Source: Opitutaceae bacterium
GTDB lineage: Bacteria > Verrucomicrobiota > Verrucomicrobiia > Opitutales > Coraliomargaritaceae
DNA length: 64,000 nt
Reading direction: 5' to 3'
Assembly (NCBI GenBank): GCA_051252375.1
Contig: JBPOFY010000010.1
Coordinates: 1 to 64,000 of the forward strand
Shown here: in pieces, positions 23,416 through 33,390 of the stretch
Layout of the letters: each line of letters begins with the position of its first letter
Numbering within the stretch: the first letter of the stretch is position 1
Program-made: the position numbers and the translations under genes
Notes under the pieces: generated by a model
Told to the model about the DNA's origin: nothing
What the model saw: the letters and a program-made list of their open reading frames with translations, nothing else
Databases searched by the model: none

Positions 23416-24577
23416 CTACACCGTTGTATTAGTCGGTGACTACGCACCGGACAAACAGCGCAGCATGCGCCGCTTCATTTTGCAACTCGCAGAAGGGCTT
23501 AGTGCGCAAGGCGCAAAGGTCGAAATATTTCATCCAGCCGTGCACGCCGGGCGTATACTCTCTGGCACGAGTGGCCTCGGGAAATGGTTGGGCTATATTG
23601 ATAAATACATATTTGCTCCAATCGCACTGAAACGCCTATTGCGTAGCATTGATGGTCCACTTGTGGTGCATATCTGCGACCACTCCAATGCCCATTATAC
23701 AAAGGTTTTAGATGGCATTCCAAATCTCGTGACCTGTCATGATTTGCTCGCGGTGCGTTCAGCGCTCGGCGAGTTCGAACAAAACCAAACTCGCTGGTTT
23801 GGACGCCAACAACAATCGATCATCATCCGTGGTCTTAAACGTGCCCAGCATATCGCGTCTGTTTCAGGAGCGACGGATGACGACGTTGGGCGAATCCTAA
23901 AAACCAATGAAAAGCAACGGTCAGTAATTCCAAATTCGCTGGACGACGCATTCATTCGAGTAGCGAATGACCCGCTAGATGAGGATAAGCCAACGCATGA
24001 GTTAGTCGACATCCCACAAGGCGCTCCTTTCATCATGCATATCGGGGGAAATGCTTGGTATAAAAATCGAGAACTCGTTTTGAGCGTCTTCTCAAAGATG
24101 GCGGGCCAATCGGCAGAGCTCTACCTACTCATTGTGGGACCTGAATTCTCCACTGAGGAATTGGAGCGCAACCAATGCACGGGTCTTATTAACCGGATCC
24201 GCTACGGTTCAGGCATCGATGATGCCACACTGCGGTCTATCTATTCGAAGGCCACGTTGCTTCTGTTCCCGTCTTATATCGAAGGTTTCGGCTGGCCGAT
24301 TCTAGAAGCGCAAGCCTGCAGGTGCCCGGTCGCGACACTGGATCGAGCACCGATGAATACGCTCAACGCCTTGCCGGAGCTCTTAATGTCGGGTGAGGAC
24401 GCATCCCATGCTGCGGCACAATGCCTCGAATATATACAAAAAAGTGACGTAGACCTTGAAGCGGATCGGCAGCAAATATCTACTTTCGCAAGCAAGTTCA
24501 CCAACGATGCTTCTGCAACTGCCTACAAGACACTTTACCTACAGTTAATTCAAACGGAGGACTTTTCCAAAAAATGA
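23390..24577 (+). CDS. GT4 glycosyltransferase (alternative start 23408)
   Basis: VTCHDL, FPSYIEGFGWPILEAQAC. Confidence 0.88.
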   Translation: MTPKPPMLSYTVVLVGDYAPDKQRSMRRFILQLAEGLSAQGAKVEIFHPAVHAGRILSGTSGLGKWLGYIDKYIFAPIALKRLLRSIDGPLVVHICDHSNAHYTKVLDGIPNLVTCHDLLAVRSALGEFEQNQTRWFGRQQQSIIIRGLKRAQHIASVSGATDDDVGRILKTNEKQRSVIPNSLDDAFIRVANDPLDEDKPTHELVDIPQGAPFIMHIGGNAWYKNRELVLSVFSKMAGQSAELYLLIVGPEFSTEELERNQCTGLINRIRYGSGIDDATLRSIYSKATLLLFPSYIEGFGWPILEAQACRCPVATLDRAPMNTLNALPELLMSGEDASHAAAQCLEYIQKSDVDLEADRQQISTFASKFTNDASATAYKTLYLQLIQTEDFSKK

Positions 24578-25728
24578 AAATACTACACACCATCAGTAGT
24601 ATCGCACCTGAAGCAGGTGGCACCGTTGAAGCAGTAAAACTCATGTCGACGGCGATGCTACGCGCCGGAGTGGAAGTTGAAGTCGCCACTTTGGACACGG
24701 CAGGTCAACTCGACCCATCAGCAAACCCTTTGCCCTGCCCCGTTCATTTCCTGGGAGATGGAGGTGCGCCCAATAGTTACAATTACTCTAAGAAATTTCG
24801 CCCATGGTTGGACGCAAACCTTGATAAATATAATGCCGTGATTGTTCACGGTCTCTGGCAATATCATACCTTCGCGACGAGTCGTTCCTGCCGTAATCAA
24901 TCCGTGCCTTATCATGTTTTCACCCACGGCATGCTCGACCCCTGGTTCAACCGAACCTATCCGCTGAAGCGTATCAAAAAAATGCTGTATTGGTTTTGGG
25001 GTGAAAATCCCAATTTACGTCACGCCGAATCTGTCCTCTTTACCTGTGAAGAAGAGAAACTATTAGCCCGCCAAAGCTTTCCGTGCTATCGCGTCAAAGA
25101 GTCGGTCGTTGGTTTAGGCACCACTGCCCCGGATGTAGATATCACCGCAGTGCGTGAATCATTCCAGCAGACCCCTCCCCCTTGGGCACAGCGCCCCTAC
25201 TTCTTGTTCATGAGTCGTATTCAGGAGAAGAAAGGCTTGGATCTACTGGTTGCAGCTTATTCTAAAATCAAGCAACAGCATCCGAGCACGCCGGATCTAG
25301 TGATCGCAGGCCCCGTGCAGCAACCGGAGTATGCAAAGAACATTCAAGCCAGCTATCCACCTGACGGCATCCACTGGATTGGTTCACTCAATGCGACAGA
25401 GAAATGGCCTGCTCTTATTGGAGCGGAAGCCATGTGCCTAACATCGCATCAGGAGAATTTTGGCATCGTTGTGGCGGAAGCACTTGCTGTGGGCACGCCA
25501 GTCCTGATTTCAAACAAGGTGAACATCTGGCGTGAGATTGAGCAAGAAGGCTCCGGTTTTGTCGCTGATGATACTGTGGCTGGGGCTATTCAGGTATTAG
25601 AAAAATGGCTGGCACTGACTCCTGAGCAAAAATCTGCAATGGCTGAAATTTCGCAAAAAACCTTCCTCAAGCATTTCGAAATTTCAGTGGCGACTGAGAG
25701 GTTGATTGAAGTCTTAAAACAGTCATAG
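24574..25728 (+). CDS. GT4 glycosyltransferase
   Basis: HGMLDPW, SRIQEKKG, SHQENFGIVVAEA. Confidence 0.9.
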   Translation: MKILHTISSIAPEAGGTVEAVKLMSTAMLRAGVEVEVATLDTAGQLDPSANPLPCPVHFLGDGGAPNSYNYSKKFRPWLDANLDKYNAVIVHGLWQYHTFATSRSCRNQSVPYHVFTHGMLDPWFNRTYPLKRIKKMLYWFWGENPNLRHAESVLFTCEEEKLLARQSFPCYRVKESVVGLGTTAPDVDITAVRESFQQTPPPWAQRPYFLFMSRIQEKKGLDLLVAAYSKIKQQHPSTPDLVIAGPVQQPEYAKNIQASYPPDGIHWIGSLNATEKWPALIGAEAMCLTSHQENFGIVVAEALAVGTPVLISNKVNIWREIEQEGSGFVADDTVAGAIQVLEKWLALTPEQKSAMAEISQKTFLKHFEISVATERLIEVLKQS

Positions 25729-25741
25729 TCCTCTTTCTATT

Positions 25742-26308
25742 ATGTCGGATCCCGAACAATTTAAAATCGACCTCACCCAATGGAAAACAAATTGGGATCG
25801 CCGCACAAAAATTAAGCGTGGCATATGGGAATACTTGGTGCGGCCGATTTATCGTTTAGTTCCAGGTCGGCGTGCGCGTCTTCGTATTTCACTGTTACGC
25901 ATGATGGGGGCAAGGATTGGCAATGGCTGCACCATCGAGCCACATGTTGACGTGCTCATTCCGTGGGAACTGGAGATCGGTGATCACGTTGCGATCGGGC
26001 ATCACGCTCACATCCAAAATTTCACTAAAGTAACAATCGGGTCGATGTCGGTTATCTCGCAATATGCCTACCTAGGCACCGGCACTCACGACTACACGCA
26101 TCCGCATTTCAACTTGGTCTTTCACCCCATTATGATTGAGCCGGAATCATGGGTGGCTGCTTCTGCCTTTATCGGCCCCGGCGTGACCATTGGACGCGGC
26201 TGTGTCATCGGTGCAGCATCTGTCGTCATGAAGGATATGCCAGCCTGGTCTGTCTGTGCGGGTAATCCGTGTCGTGTGATCAAATCACGAGACATTCAAC
26301 CAGCTTAG
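25742..26308 (+). CDS. WcaF-like acetyltransferase
   Basis: PWELEIGD, GTHDY, FIGPGVTIG, AGNP hexapeptide repeats. Confidence 0.88.
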   Translation: MSDPEQFKIDLTQWKTNWDRRTKIKRGIWEYLVRPIYRLVPGRRARLRISLLRMMGARIGNGCTIEPHVDVLIPWELEIGDHVAIGHHAHIQNFTKVTIGSMSVISQYAYLGTGTHDYTHPHFNLVFHPIMIEPESWVAASAFIGPGVTIGRGCVIGAASVVMKDMPAWSVCAGNPCRVIKSRDIQPA

Positions 26309-27597
26309 GCTGCCGCATCTACCTTCGCGCCCTCGCGACTGAGTCCAACAGCGGCGATAAATATCTTAGAGAGTAATCGAATGACTGCAATCGCGACGGA
26401 ATAGTAAAGGACGTTGGTCAATTGGCTCAAATCCATTAGCGCAAAGCCTAGGATCATCACGACGACCACGGGTAAGATATCAACCAGTGAATACCATGAG
26501 TAGACGTATTTCCGCGACAAGCAGATCGAGTAGATGATGACGTCGATACTCCTGATGCAAGCCGCTAGAACGACTAAAAAGACTTCCAACCGCAGGTGCT
26601 GATATCCATCACCCAGCAGCAAAAGTAAAGGCTCGGGAAAAACATAACTGATCCCGGCGACCGCGGTGAAAAATACAGTTGTGATCAGGGTGAAGAACAT
26701 CGTCTTGGACAGGACTTGATGACTGTCTAGTTTCGACATGTAGGGTCCGACAAGATTACTACCCATACGATTGAAAATCAAAAACAGCATCGCGAGTCGA
26801 CCTAAGGCCCCAAGCTCAGCAACGTTCATTGTCGTGCCGAGTAAACTGATGATGAAAATAGTAATTTGTCCCTCAAATGCAAAAAAGGCGTAACCCGGAG
26901 CCCGAGGTAATGTCTGACTTATGATCTCTTTGCGCTCAGCACTCAGATTCGCCTCAGAGTCTGGGTATTCGACGTTTTTACGTGACAACTGCCAGAGGCC
27001 GAGTCCTGAAATCGCGGCTTGTATCACTCCCAGTAAGATCGCGACCGATGCCGACAAAAAACCAAACGTAAAGGCTGCCAAGATAAGTAACAGTCGCGAA
27101 ACCCCAGCAAGCGCGTCCACTTTATACAAGTGCACTAAGTTTTGCTTCAATAAAAAGACGGGCTTGTAAACTGCACCGACTGAACTGAAGAGCAGCGTTA
27201 AGCACAAGCAAATCCACAGAAAGAGTGACAAGCTAAAGGACCATTCAAAGCGCGGTGCCGCAAAATAGATAATGACGAGTAATACCGCACTACCGAAAAC
27301 TAGCATGTAGTTGCGCAATTGACGACATGCCACCAGGTATCGCCCTACAAAAATTCGGTCCTTAATTCCTTTACCAATTAGAGCTGTCAGCGATTGAGTG
27401 ATCCCTAAGTCGACAAGAATCATCGCAGTGCCCTGCAATGCCATGACAATGGTGAAGGTGGCATAGTCGCTCTTAGTGAGGAAGTTGATCAATGCGAACC
27501 CACAAACTAACTGAGTCAGCAACATGACTCCCTGCCCCAAGAAATAAGTCGCGAGCAATTGCCCCCAGTGATGAATATTGGCGCGTGTTAGATTCAA
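26305..27597 (-). CDS. Wzx-like polysaccharide flippase
   Basis: About 12 TM segments, DLGI motif; TTG start. Confidence 0.7.
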   Translation of the reverse strand: MNLTRANIHHWGQLLATYFLGQGVMLLTQLVCGFALINFLTKSDYATFTIVMALQGTAMILVDLGITQSLTALIGKGIKDRIFVGRYLVACRQLRNYMLVFGSAVLLVIIYFAAPRFEWSFSLSLFLWICLCLTLLFSSVGAVYKPVFLLKQNLVHLYKVDALAGVSRLLLILAAFTFGFLSASVAILLGVIQAAISGLGLWQLSRKNVEYPDSEANLSAERKEIISQTLPRAPGYAFFAFEGQITIFIISLLGTTMNVAELGALGRLAMLFLIFNRMGSNLVGPYMSKLDSHQVLSKTMFFTLITTVFFTAVAGISYVFPEPLLLLLGDGYQHLRLEVFLVVLAACIRSIDVIIYSICLSRKYVYSWYSLVDILPVVVVMILGFALMDLSQLTNVLYYSVAIAVIRLLSKIFIAAVGLSREGAKVDAAA

Positions 27598-27746
27598 AAT
27601 AGATTAAGAAAGATGCCGAAGTAACAAGATGGCAAGTGTGGCAATTTACAGAAACAATATCGCAATTGATGAAAGATTGGTAATCGGTCCTATATGCCTT
27701 GGCAATACCCCATATAAGTGTAATTTCCTTAGACTGAATCCCCCTA

Positions 27747-28898
27747 ATGAATTCCATAAAGATTTGTATGATAGCCCAGATCGAGCCGTCTCGCCACGCG
27801 GGCGGTGGCAAAGCTCAATATAATTTGGCCCGTGAATGGAGAGCCCTCGGGCACGCAGTAGATCTTTTTGGAGTTCGTTCATTCAAGAAGCATTGCATCG
27901 AGAAAAAGTGGTGTCTCGAATCCGATGGCATAGACACAGTATTTGAGAAATTCCTAAAAGTCGGTGCTTCAGCATATGACATCATTGATTTCGACCATGG
28001 TATTTTTCTACAGAATGATTTCGAGCTCCCTAACACCTTAGTGGTCGCACGCTCCGTATTATTTAAAGGTCACTGGGAAACCATACACTACCCCGAAAGT
28101 CCGCGACTACTGTCTAAGGTTAAGCGCATGCTACAAAGCCCCTTCAAACAGCGCGCACTGAATGTTAAAGTGCAACGCCTCAAAAATAGTCTGAAACGAG
28201 TTGACCTATTGAACCTGACATCATACCTCGATGTGCAGCGAGCCAAAGAAATGGGACTACAGGAAGCGTCACTTTGTTGCTTCCCCTATGCCATCGACCC
28301 GAAAGATGCGGAGCGCCTGGCCACCACACAATTGCCGACGCAATGGGAAGCCCCACATTTCGTTTTCCTCGGCAGTTTTGATTTTCGCAAAGGCTGCTTG
28401 GACCTGTCAGCTGCGTTCCATCAGATACGTCAGCAATTCCCAGATGCACGACTGAGCTTGCTCGGTGCTAAGGGGTTGCATGTGACTGAATCTGCCGTGC
28501 GATATTATTTCGCCAAAGAAGATCAATCCTCGGTAGAGGTTCACATGCAGTTCGACCCCAACAACATTACTGAGCTCTTAAGCGGCAAGCACTGCGCCCT
28601 ATTCCCCTCTTACCGCGAAGGATTCCCGTTCTCGGTGCAGGAAACGCTAGCCGCGGGCATCCCTACGATTGCTTATAAGTCGCCCGGAGCAGCTGACATC
28701 TTGCCGGATGAATGGCTGATCGAACCGGGCAATGTCGATGGTCTAGTGTCTGCCTCTATTGAGTGTTTTAAGAAATCGAGCCAAGAGGATCGAGCACTTG
28801 CTCGCAGCTTAGTCTCTCGTTTCCAATGGTCCGGCATCAGTGCAGAGACCATCGAATTGTATGAGCAAAAACTGAAACTGAAACGCGAGGCTAAATAA
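27747..28898 (+). CDS. GT4 glycosyltransferase
   Basis: GSFDFRKG, FPSYREGFPFSVQETLAAG. Confidence 0.85.
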   Translation: MNSIKICMIAQIEPSRHAGGGKAQYNLAREWRALGHAVDLFGVRSFKKHCIEKKWCLESDGIDTVFEKFLKVGASAYDIIDFDHGIFLQNDFELPNTLVVARSVLFKGHWETIHYPESPRLLSKVKRMLQSPFKQRALNVKVQRLKNSLKRVDLLNLTSYLDVQRAKEMGLQEASLCCFPYAIDPKDAERLATTQLPTQWEAPHFVFLGSFDFRKGCLDLSAAFHQIRQQFPDARLSLLGAKGLHVTESAVRYYFAKEDQSSVEVHMQFDPNNITELLSGKHCALFPSYREGFPFSVQETLAAGIPTIAYKSPGAADILPDEWLIEPGNVDGLVSASIECFKKSSQEDRALARSLVSRFQWSGISAETIELYEQKLKLKREAK

Positions 28899-28900
28899 AT

Positions 28901-29632
28901 ATGTTTTTACTATCTAGAATCTGGAGAAGAATAAAAAGAATGCGTCGTTTAAAGCACGGCCACCTTAATTTGACGAAGATTCAAAATGGTCGGGTGATTA
29001 AATGCTTTGACGGACATGACCTAAAGGAACGATACAACACTGAATGCTTTGTATTGGAATTTTTGACTGGTAAATTACCGGTGCCTAAAGTTTTGGAGCA
29101 TGATGACACGCGTCTCATACTTCAAACGGAGTTCATCGATGCAAACCACGCGGCAGACTTAAACGACACCACCAAGATCGAGGCCTTACACTTCACCTGC
29201 GGGCAGCACTTGAAAGCCATTCACGAGATACCAAGAGAGTCTGCTGCTAAGCAATTAGCAGGTAAAGGCTCCGTCTTTGTGCACGGAGACTATAATATAA
29301 ATAACATACTACTTTCCAAAGAGGACGGATCGATCATTGGCATCATTGATTGGGAAAAAGCGCACTTAGGTGAAGCGATCAATGACCTTTGCTGGTATGA
29401 ATGGATTTTTCGGCAATCGCACCCAGACAAGGTTCAGACACTTCAACATTTCTATGAGGGCTATGGCGACAACATCGAATGGGAACGCCGCAAAGCAGGA
29501 ATGATCTATCTATTGGACCGTGCCTCTAATCGAGCGAAGGAGAAAAATGATCCAGATGGTATCACTTACTGGCGCCAACATTGCGACACAGTCGCAGTCT
29601 ACACAAAAGACAGCAATGCTGTTAGTGACTAA
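28901..29632 (+). CDS. APH/choline-kinase-like phosphotransferase
   Basis: PVPKV, HGDYNINNIL, GIIDWE. Confidence 0.8.
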   Translation: MFLLSRIWRRIKRMRRLKHGHLNLTKIQNGRVIKCFDGHDLKERYNTECFVLEFLTGKLPVPKVLEHDDTRLILQTEFIDANHAADLNDTTKIEALHFTCGQHLKAIHEIPRESAAKQLAGKGSVFVHGDYNINNILLSKEDGSIIGIIDWEKAHLGEAINDLCWYEWIFRQSHPDKVQTLQHFYEGYGDNIEWERRKAGMIYLLDRASNRAKEKNDPDGITYWRQHCDTVAVYTKDSNAVSD

Positions 29633-31359
29633 TGCTTGCTCGACTGATTTCTAGCGCGTAACTGAGCGACTTCATCTTTAGCGATAAAGACTCGTGCGAC
29701 GCCTTTAGCAATTTTGCGTGGGTCAAATCGCAGTAATATACGTGAAATGAGCGAACTACGCTTCATCGTCGCTTTGCGCCAGTGCGTCATCGCCCTTCTT
29801 TGATCCTCAGATCGAATCCAGTATCGTAGCGCGTCGCTGACACTAAATGGCGGCGCCATTTTACGGAGATTACTCTCCTCCTGGTTGCCACTATAAGGCA
29901 GTTCGCCTAAGCACTCTGACATTTCTTTCGTGGGTGCAGCTAACAAGTCGATTAAAGCAGGGACTATCGCATGATAGTGTAGTTCGATGGCACTTCCGAA
30001 CTCAGCTAGAGACTGACTGAACGCTTCAGAGAAATCGCGGATCCCATCAAAATAATCATCTAGACCCCACTGCTTAAAGCGTGCATCAGCAGGCTTCGTA
30101 TTCGCGCTCCATTCTCCATTAACGTTCTGCGTGTAGTCCAAAGTCATTCCATGATCTGCCAATAACAGCGATTCAAACAAGGGACCAAAGCCAGGCTGAG
30201 ATGTCGGGAAAAGGAAAAAAGGTGTCTTCTTGTTCTTAGGAGAGGACATGGGCGAATACTCGCTAACTCCGAAATAGTATTCGTTGATCGTGAGTTCACG
30301 ATTGTGCGTATATGTGATACGGTGAATGGCATCTTGCAGTGTCCCCTTCCAGCCCACGTCTACAAAACCAACCTGGTTATACTCAAAGAGACCTTCTTGC
30401 TCGAAATACTGAATGACCTGATCACGAGACGCCTTTGATTGAGCATGAATACTCTGCCGTATTTCAAGGTCCTCCAGGAAAAATTTCCTCAACGCGCTTG
30501 CTTGATCAATACTGAGAAGGCTGTCGTCATCTGCTGGCAAGATGTTGAGCAAGTCTTGCTTCAGGTTCTTTCGCAAGTCCACACAGGACATCCGAATGCG
30601 CAGAGCAATTGTATGCAAATTCAAGGCATTATCCATCTCCTCAAAGATCCACTTTAAATCGGCAGCACTGAGTTGTATAATCGAAGGAAAGCGTATCGCT
30701 TGCCGAGAGACATAAAGATACCTTAGTTCCAATGATTCAAAACCAAGATTAGCTTGAATGCTCTTCGCTATTTCTAAAAGTAACTGCCCATCACGTGCTA
30801 GAAAATACAGTCGTCTCACCCCATCTTCTTCAGCTTGAATCATCAACCGGTGCACGAAACCATAAAACAATGGCGCTGCAAACGAAGCACCTAGTTCATA
30901 AGTTGGCGTCAACTGGTCACGTGTGCTCAAGCAATATCCGATGCTGCCAGCATACAGTTGGTAAAAACTAACTCGGTCATCGACCAGACAAGCCGCTTCC
31001 GAGGCATTATATTCCCGACTGATCGCTTGATTGAGTAGCCGCCCGCACAGGGAAAGCTCTAGCTCAATAATGGCATTCACTGCAGCCAGATCCTTCAGTT
31101 CCGGATACTTGTTCGTGATACTTCCATAGGCCTCTCGAATCTGCTTCTCGCTGACATTATACTGATTGGAACCGGCAGGTTGAGCGGCCTCTCGGACATC
31201 AAAGAAATTCAGAATGAACCATGTCGGCAGCGATTGATCTGCGTCATAATGCAATCGATCACGAACCAAAGACCAAACGCCCCGCAGACTAACAACACCC
31301 AAAGGCCTTGTGATTGAGGACTGAATCTCTTTTTCGGAAATTGTTGGGGCGTTATTCAA
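29629..31359 (-). CDS. Putative glycan phosphoribosyltransferase-like protein; start uncertain (TTG 31359 or ATG 31428)
   Basis: LYFLARDG, YLYVSR, FVDVGWKGTLQ; ATG 31428 lies inside a terminator hairpin. Confidence 0.6.
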   Translation of the reverse strand: MNNAPTISEKEIQSSITRPLGVVSLRGVWSLVRDRLHYDADQSLPTWFILNFFDVREAAQPAGSNQYNVSEKQIREAYGSITNKYPELKDLAAVNAIIELELSLCGRLLNQAISREYNASEAACLVDDRVSFYQLYAGSIGYCLSTRDQLTPTYELGASFAAPLFYGFVHRLMIQAEEDGVRRLYFLARDGQLLLEIAKSIQANLGFESLELRYLYVSRQAIRFPSIIQLSAADLKWIFEEMDNALNLHTIALRIRMSCVDLRKNLKQDLLNILPADDDSLLSIDQASALRKFFLEDLEIRQSIHAQSKASRDQVIQYFEQEGLFEYNQVGFVDVGWKGTLQDAIHRITYTHNRELTINEYYFGVSEYSPMSSPKNKKTPFFLFPTSQPGFGPLFESLLLADHGMTLDYTQNVNGEWSANTKPADARFKQWGLDDYFDGIRDFSEAFSQSLAEFGSAIELHYHAIVPALIDLLAAPTKEMSECLGELPYSGNQEESNLRKMAPPFSVSDALRYWIRSEDQRRAMTHWRKATMKRSSLISRILLRFDPRKIAKGVARVFIAKDEVAQLRARNQSSKH

Positions 31360-31398
31360 TGAGTTCCGTTGTAACAATGCCCATTGTGAATACAAAGC

Positions 31399-31431
31399 AA
31401 AAAAATGCTCACCTTCTCGGGTGAGCATTTT
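31399..31431 (-). terminator. Intrinsic terminator after cysI
   Basis: Minus strand AAAATGCTCACC-CGAGAA-GGTGAGCATTTTTTT. Confidence 0.8.
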
Positions 31432-31441
31432 GTAAATTGGA

Positions 31442-33193
31442 CTAAGCTATATTGGCATGGAAGTTATTTCCTGCAGTCGTCGCCTTGACGTAGTCTTTAC
31501 GAATAGTGAAATCACCGAAGCGCTCCCCTTCTTCGCGTTCCTTCGCGTAGCTCAACAAGATCGGCTTCAATGCATCAATGATCTCTTCATGTGTGACTGA
31601 AGTTTTGTAGAGCTTGTTAAGTCGCTCGCCATCAAACCCGGCACCGAGATACAAGTTATACTTACCTGGAACCTTGCCGACTAAACCGATTTCACCGAGA
31701 TATGGGCGGCCGCAACCATTGGGGCAGCCAGTCGAGCGAATCACGATCTCATCGTTCTGTAGACCAGCTTCTTCGAGGATCACTTCTAGGTCAGAAACGA
31801 GATTTGGGAGATAGCGCTCCGACTCCGCGAGTGCGAGACCGCAAGTCGGCAAGGCCACGCAAGCGATCTGACTGCGACGCATGCCAGAAGCTGTCTTGTA
31901 AGCGTCGAGACCATGTTGCTCTACCAACGCATCGATCTGCGCTTTGTCTTCTGTGGCGACATCGCCGATGACGACATTTTGATTACCAGTGAGGCGGAAA
32001 TCTCCTTTGTGGATTTTGGCGATTTCGAGCATGCCGGTTTTAAGCGTCTTGTCTTCAGTGTCGACGACACGTCCACCTTCAATGAAGAGACCGAGGTTCC
32101 ACTTGCCATTGACGCCTTCTAGCCAGCCATAGCGATCACCTGTGCTGGTGAATTTGTAGTCGCGTGCATCTTCAAGTTTATAACCAAGACGGGTTTCGAG
32201 CTCTTCACGGATCCAGTCCTTACCGAGACGTTCTACTGTATATTTGAAACGAGCATTGGCACGCTCGACTCGGTTGCCGTGGTCTCGTTGAATGGTGACG
32301 ATCTTTTCTGCGACTGCGACTGCTTGGTCGGGTGTGCAGAATGCCAAGACATCCGCAAGACGTGGGAAGGTCTTTTCATTACCATGAGTCATGCCCATGC
32401 CACCGCCAACAGTCACGTTGAAACCTGCAAGTTTACCGTCTTCAACAATCGCAATGAAGCCGAGGCAGTTGGCGAAAATATCAACGTCGTTGTATGGCGG
32501 AACCGCGACTGCGATTTTAAACTTACGTGGGAGATAGGTTTTACCATAAAGCGGTTCAACATCATCGCCGCCGCAATCTTTAGAGCGTTCTGCTGCCTGT
32601 TCGACGCTGAGTTTGATTGGCTTACCATCCAACCACATTTCGGAGAAAGCGGGTGTTTGCGGCTTTAAGTGCGCATCGATTTCCTCGGTAACCTTCTGGA
32701 CTTCAGTATACACTTCAGTCGCAAATGGCACTGGGTTGCACATGACGTTACGGTTCACGTCGCCACAAGCTGCAAGTGTGGTCATCGCGACCTCGTTGCA
32801 GGAGCTGATCACTTCCTTGAGATTACCTTTTAGGATGCCATGTAATTGGAAGGCCTGACGTGTGGTCAATTTCAAGGTGTTGAAAGCGCAATAGTTGGCT
32901 AGATCATCCATGACAATCCACTGCTCAGGGGTGCACACGCCTCCAGGTAGGCAGATACGCGCTAAAAAGGAATATGCCTTATCCAGCTTGTGCTTGCGAC
33001 GCTCGTTACGAACATCGCGGTCATCTTGCTGGTAAAGTCCGTGGAATTTTGTCAATTGCTGGTCATCAGCGGCAATAGAACCGGTCGACACATCGGCAAG
33101 TCCTTCTAGGATCGTGCCACGCAGATAGTTACTGCGAGTTTTTATGCCCTCATTCTTATGCAATTGGGGTGCGGATTGGCTGTCGGATATCAT
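31442..33193 (-). CDS. cysI: NADPH-sulfite reductase hemoprotein subunit
   Basis: KFHGLYQQDDRD, TTRQ, CGDVNRN, YLPRKFK, CVALPTC, TGCPNGC. Confidence 0.96.
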   Translation of the reverse strand: MISDSQSAPQLHKNEGIKTRSNYLRGTILEGLADVSTGSIAADDQQLTKFHGLYQQDDRDVRNERRKHKLDKAYSFLARICLPGGVCTPEQWIVMDDLANYCAFNTLKLTTRQAFQLHGILKGNLKEVISSCNEVAMTTLAACGDVNRNVMCNPVPFATEVYTEVQKVTEEIDAHLKPQTPAFSEMWLDGKPIKLSVEQAAERSKDCGGDDVEPLYGKTYLPRKFKIAVAVPPYNDVDIFANCLGFIAIVEDGKLAGFNVTVGGGMGMTHGNEKTFPRLADVLAFCTPDQAVAVAEKIVTIQRDHGNRVERANARFKYTVERLGKDWIREELETRLGYKLEDARDYKFTSTGDRYGWLEGVNGKWNLGLFIEGGRVVDTEDKTLKTGMLEIAKIHKGDFRLTGNQNVVIGDVATEDKAQIDALVEQHGLDAYKTASGMRRSQIACVALPTCGLALAESERYLPNLVSDLEVILEEAGLQNDEIVIRSTGCPNGCGRPYLGEIGLVGKVPGKYNLYLGAGFDGERLNKLYKTSVTHEEIIDALKPILLSYAKEREEGERFGDFTIRKDYVKATTAGNNFHANIA

Positions 33194-33390
33194 AATTTAG
33201 CTGGAATAAATGTGTTCTAAGGCGTCTAGCAAACCTCAATACAGATCTTTATGAGATTTTGATTTGCAATTAGCACCCATTCTTAGGTTTATAACTCAAG
33301 AACTAATAAAAAGAAACTAAAAAGTCAATTCAGGCTAGCATTTTAAGCATTGGCTGGTTTGATATCTGACTTTCCACCCGTTGATGCATA

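Noticed and set aside
28901..29632. Aminoglycoside resistance gene
   Set aside because: Only generic kinase motifs; glycan-locus context; not mobile.
31360..31428. N-terminal extension MLTREGEHFF of the 599-aa ORF
   Set aside because: The ATG lies within the cysI terminator hairpin, so it is probably not the real start.
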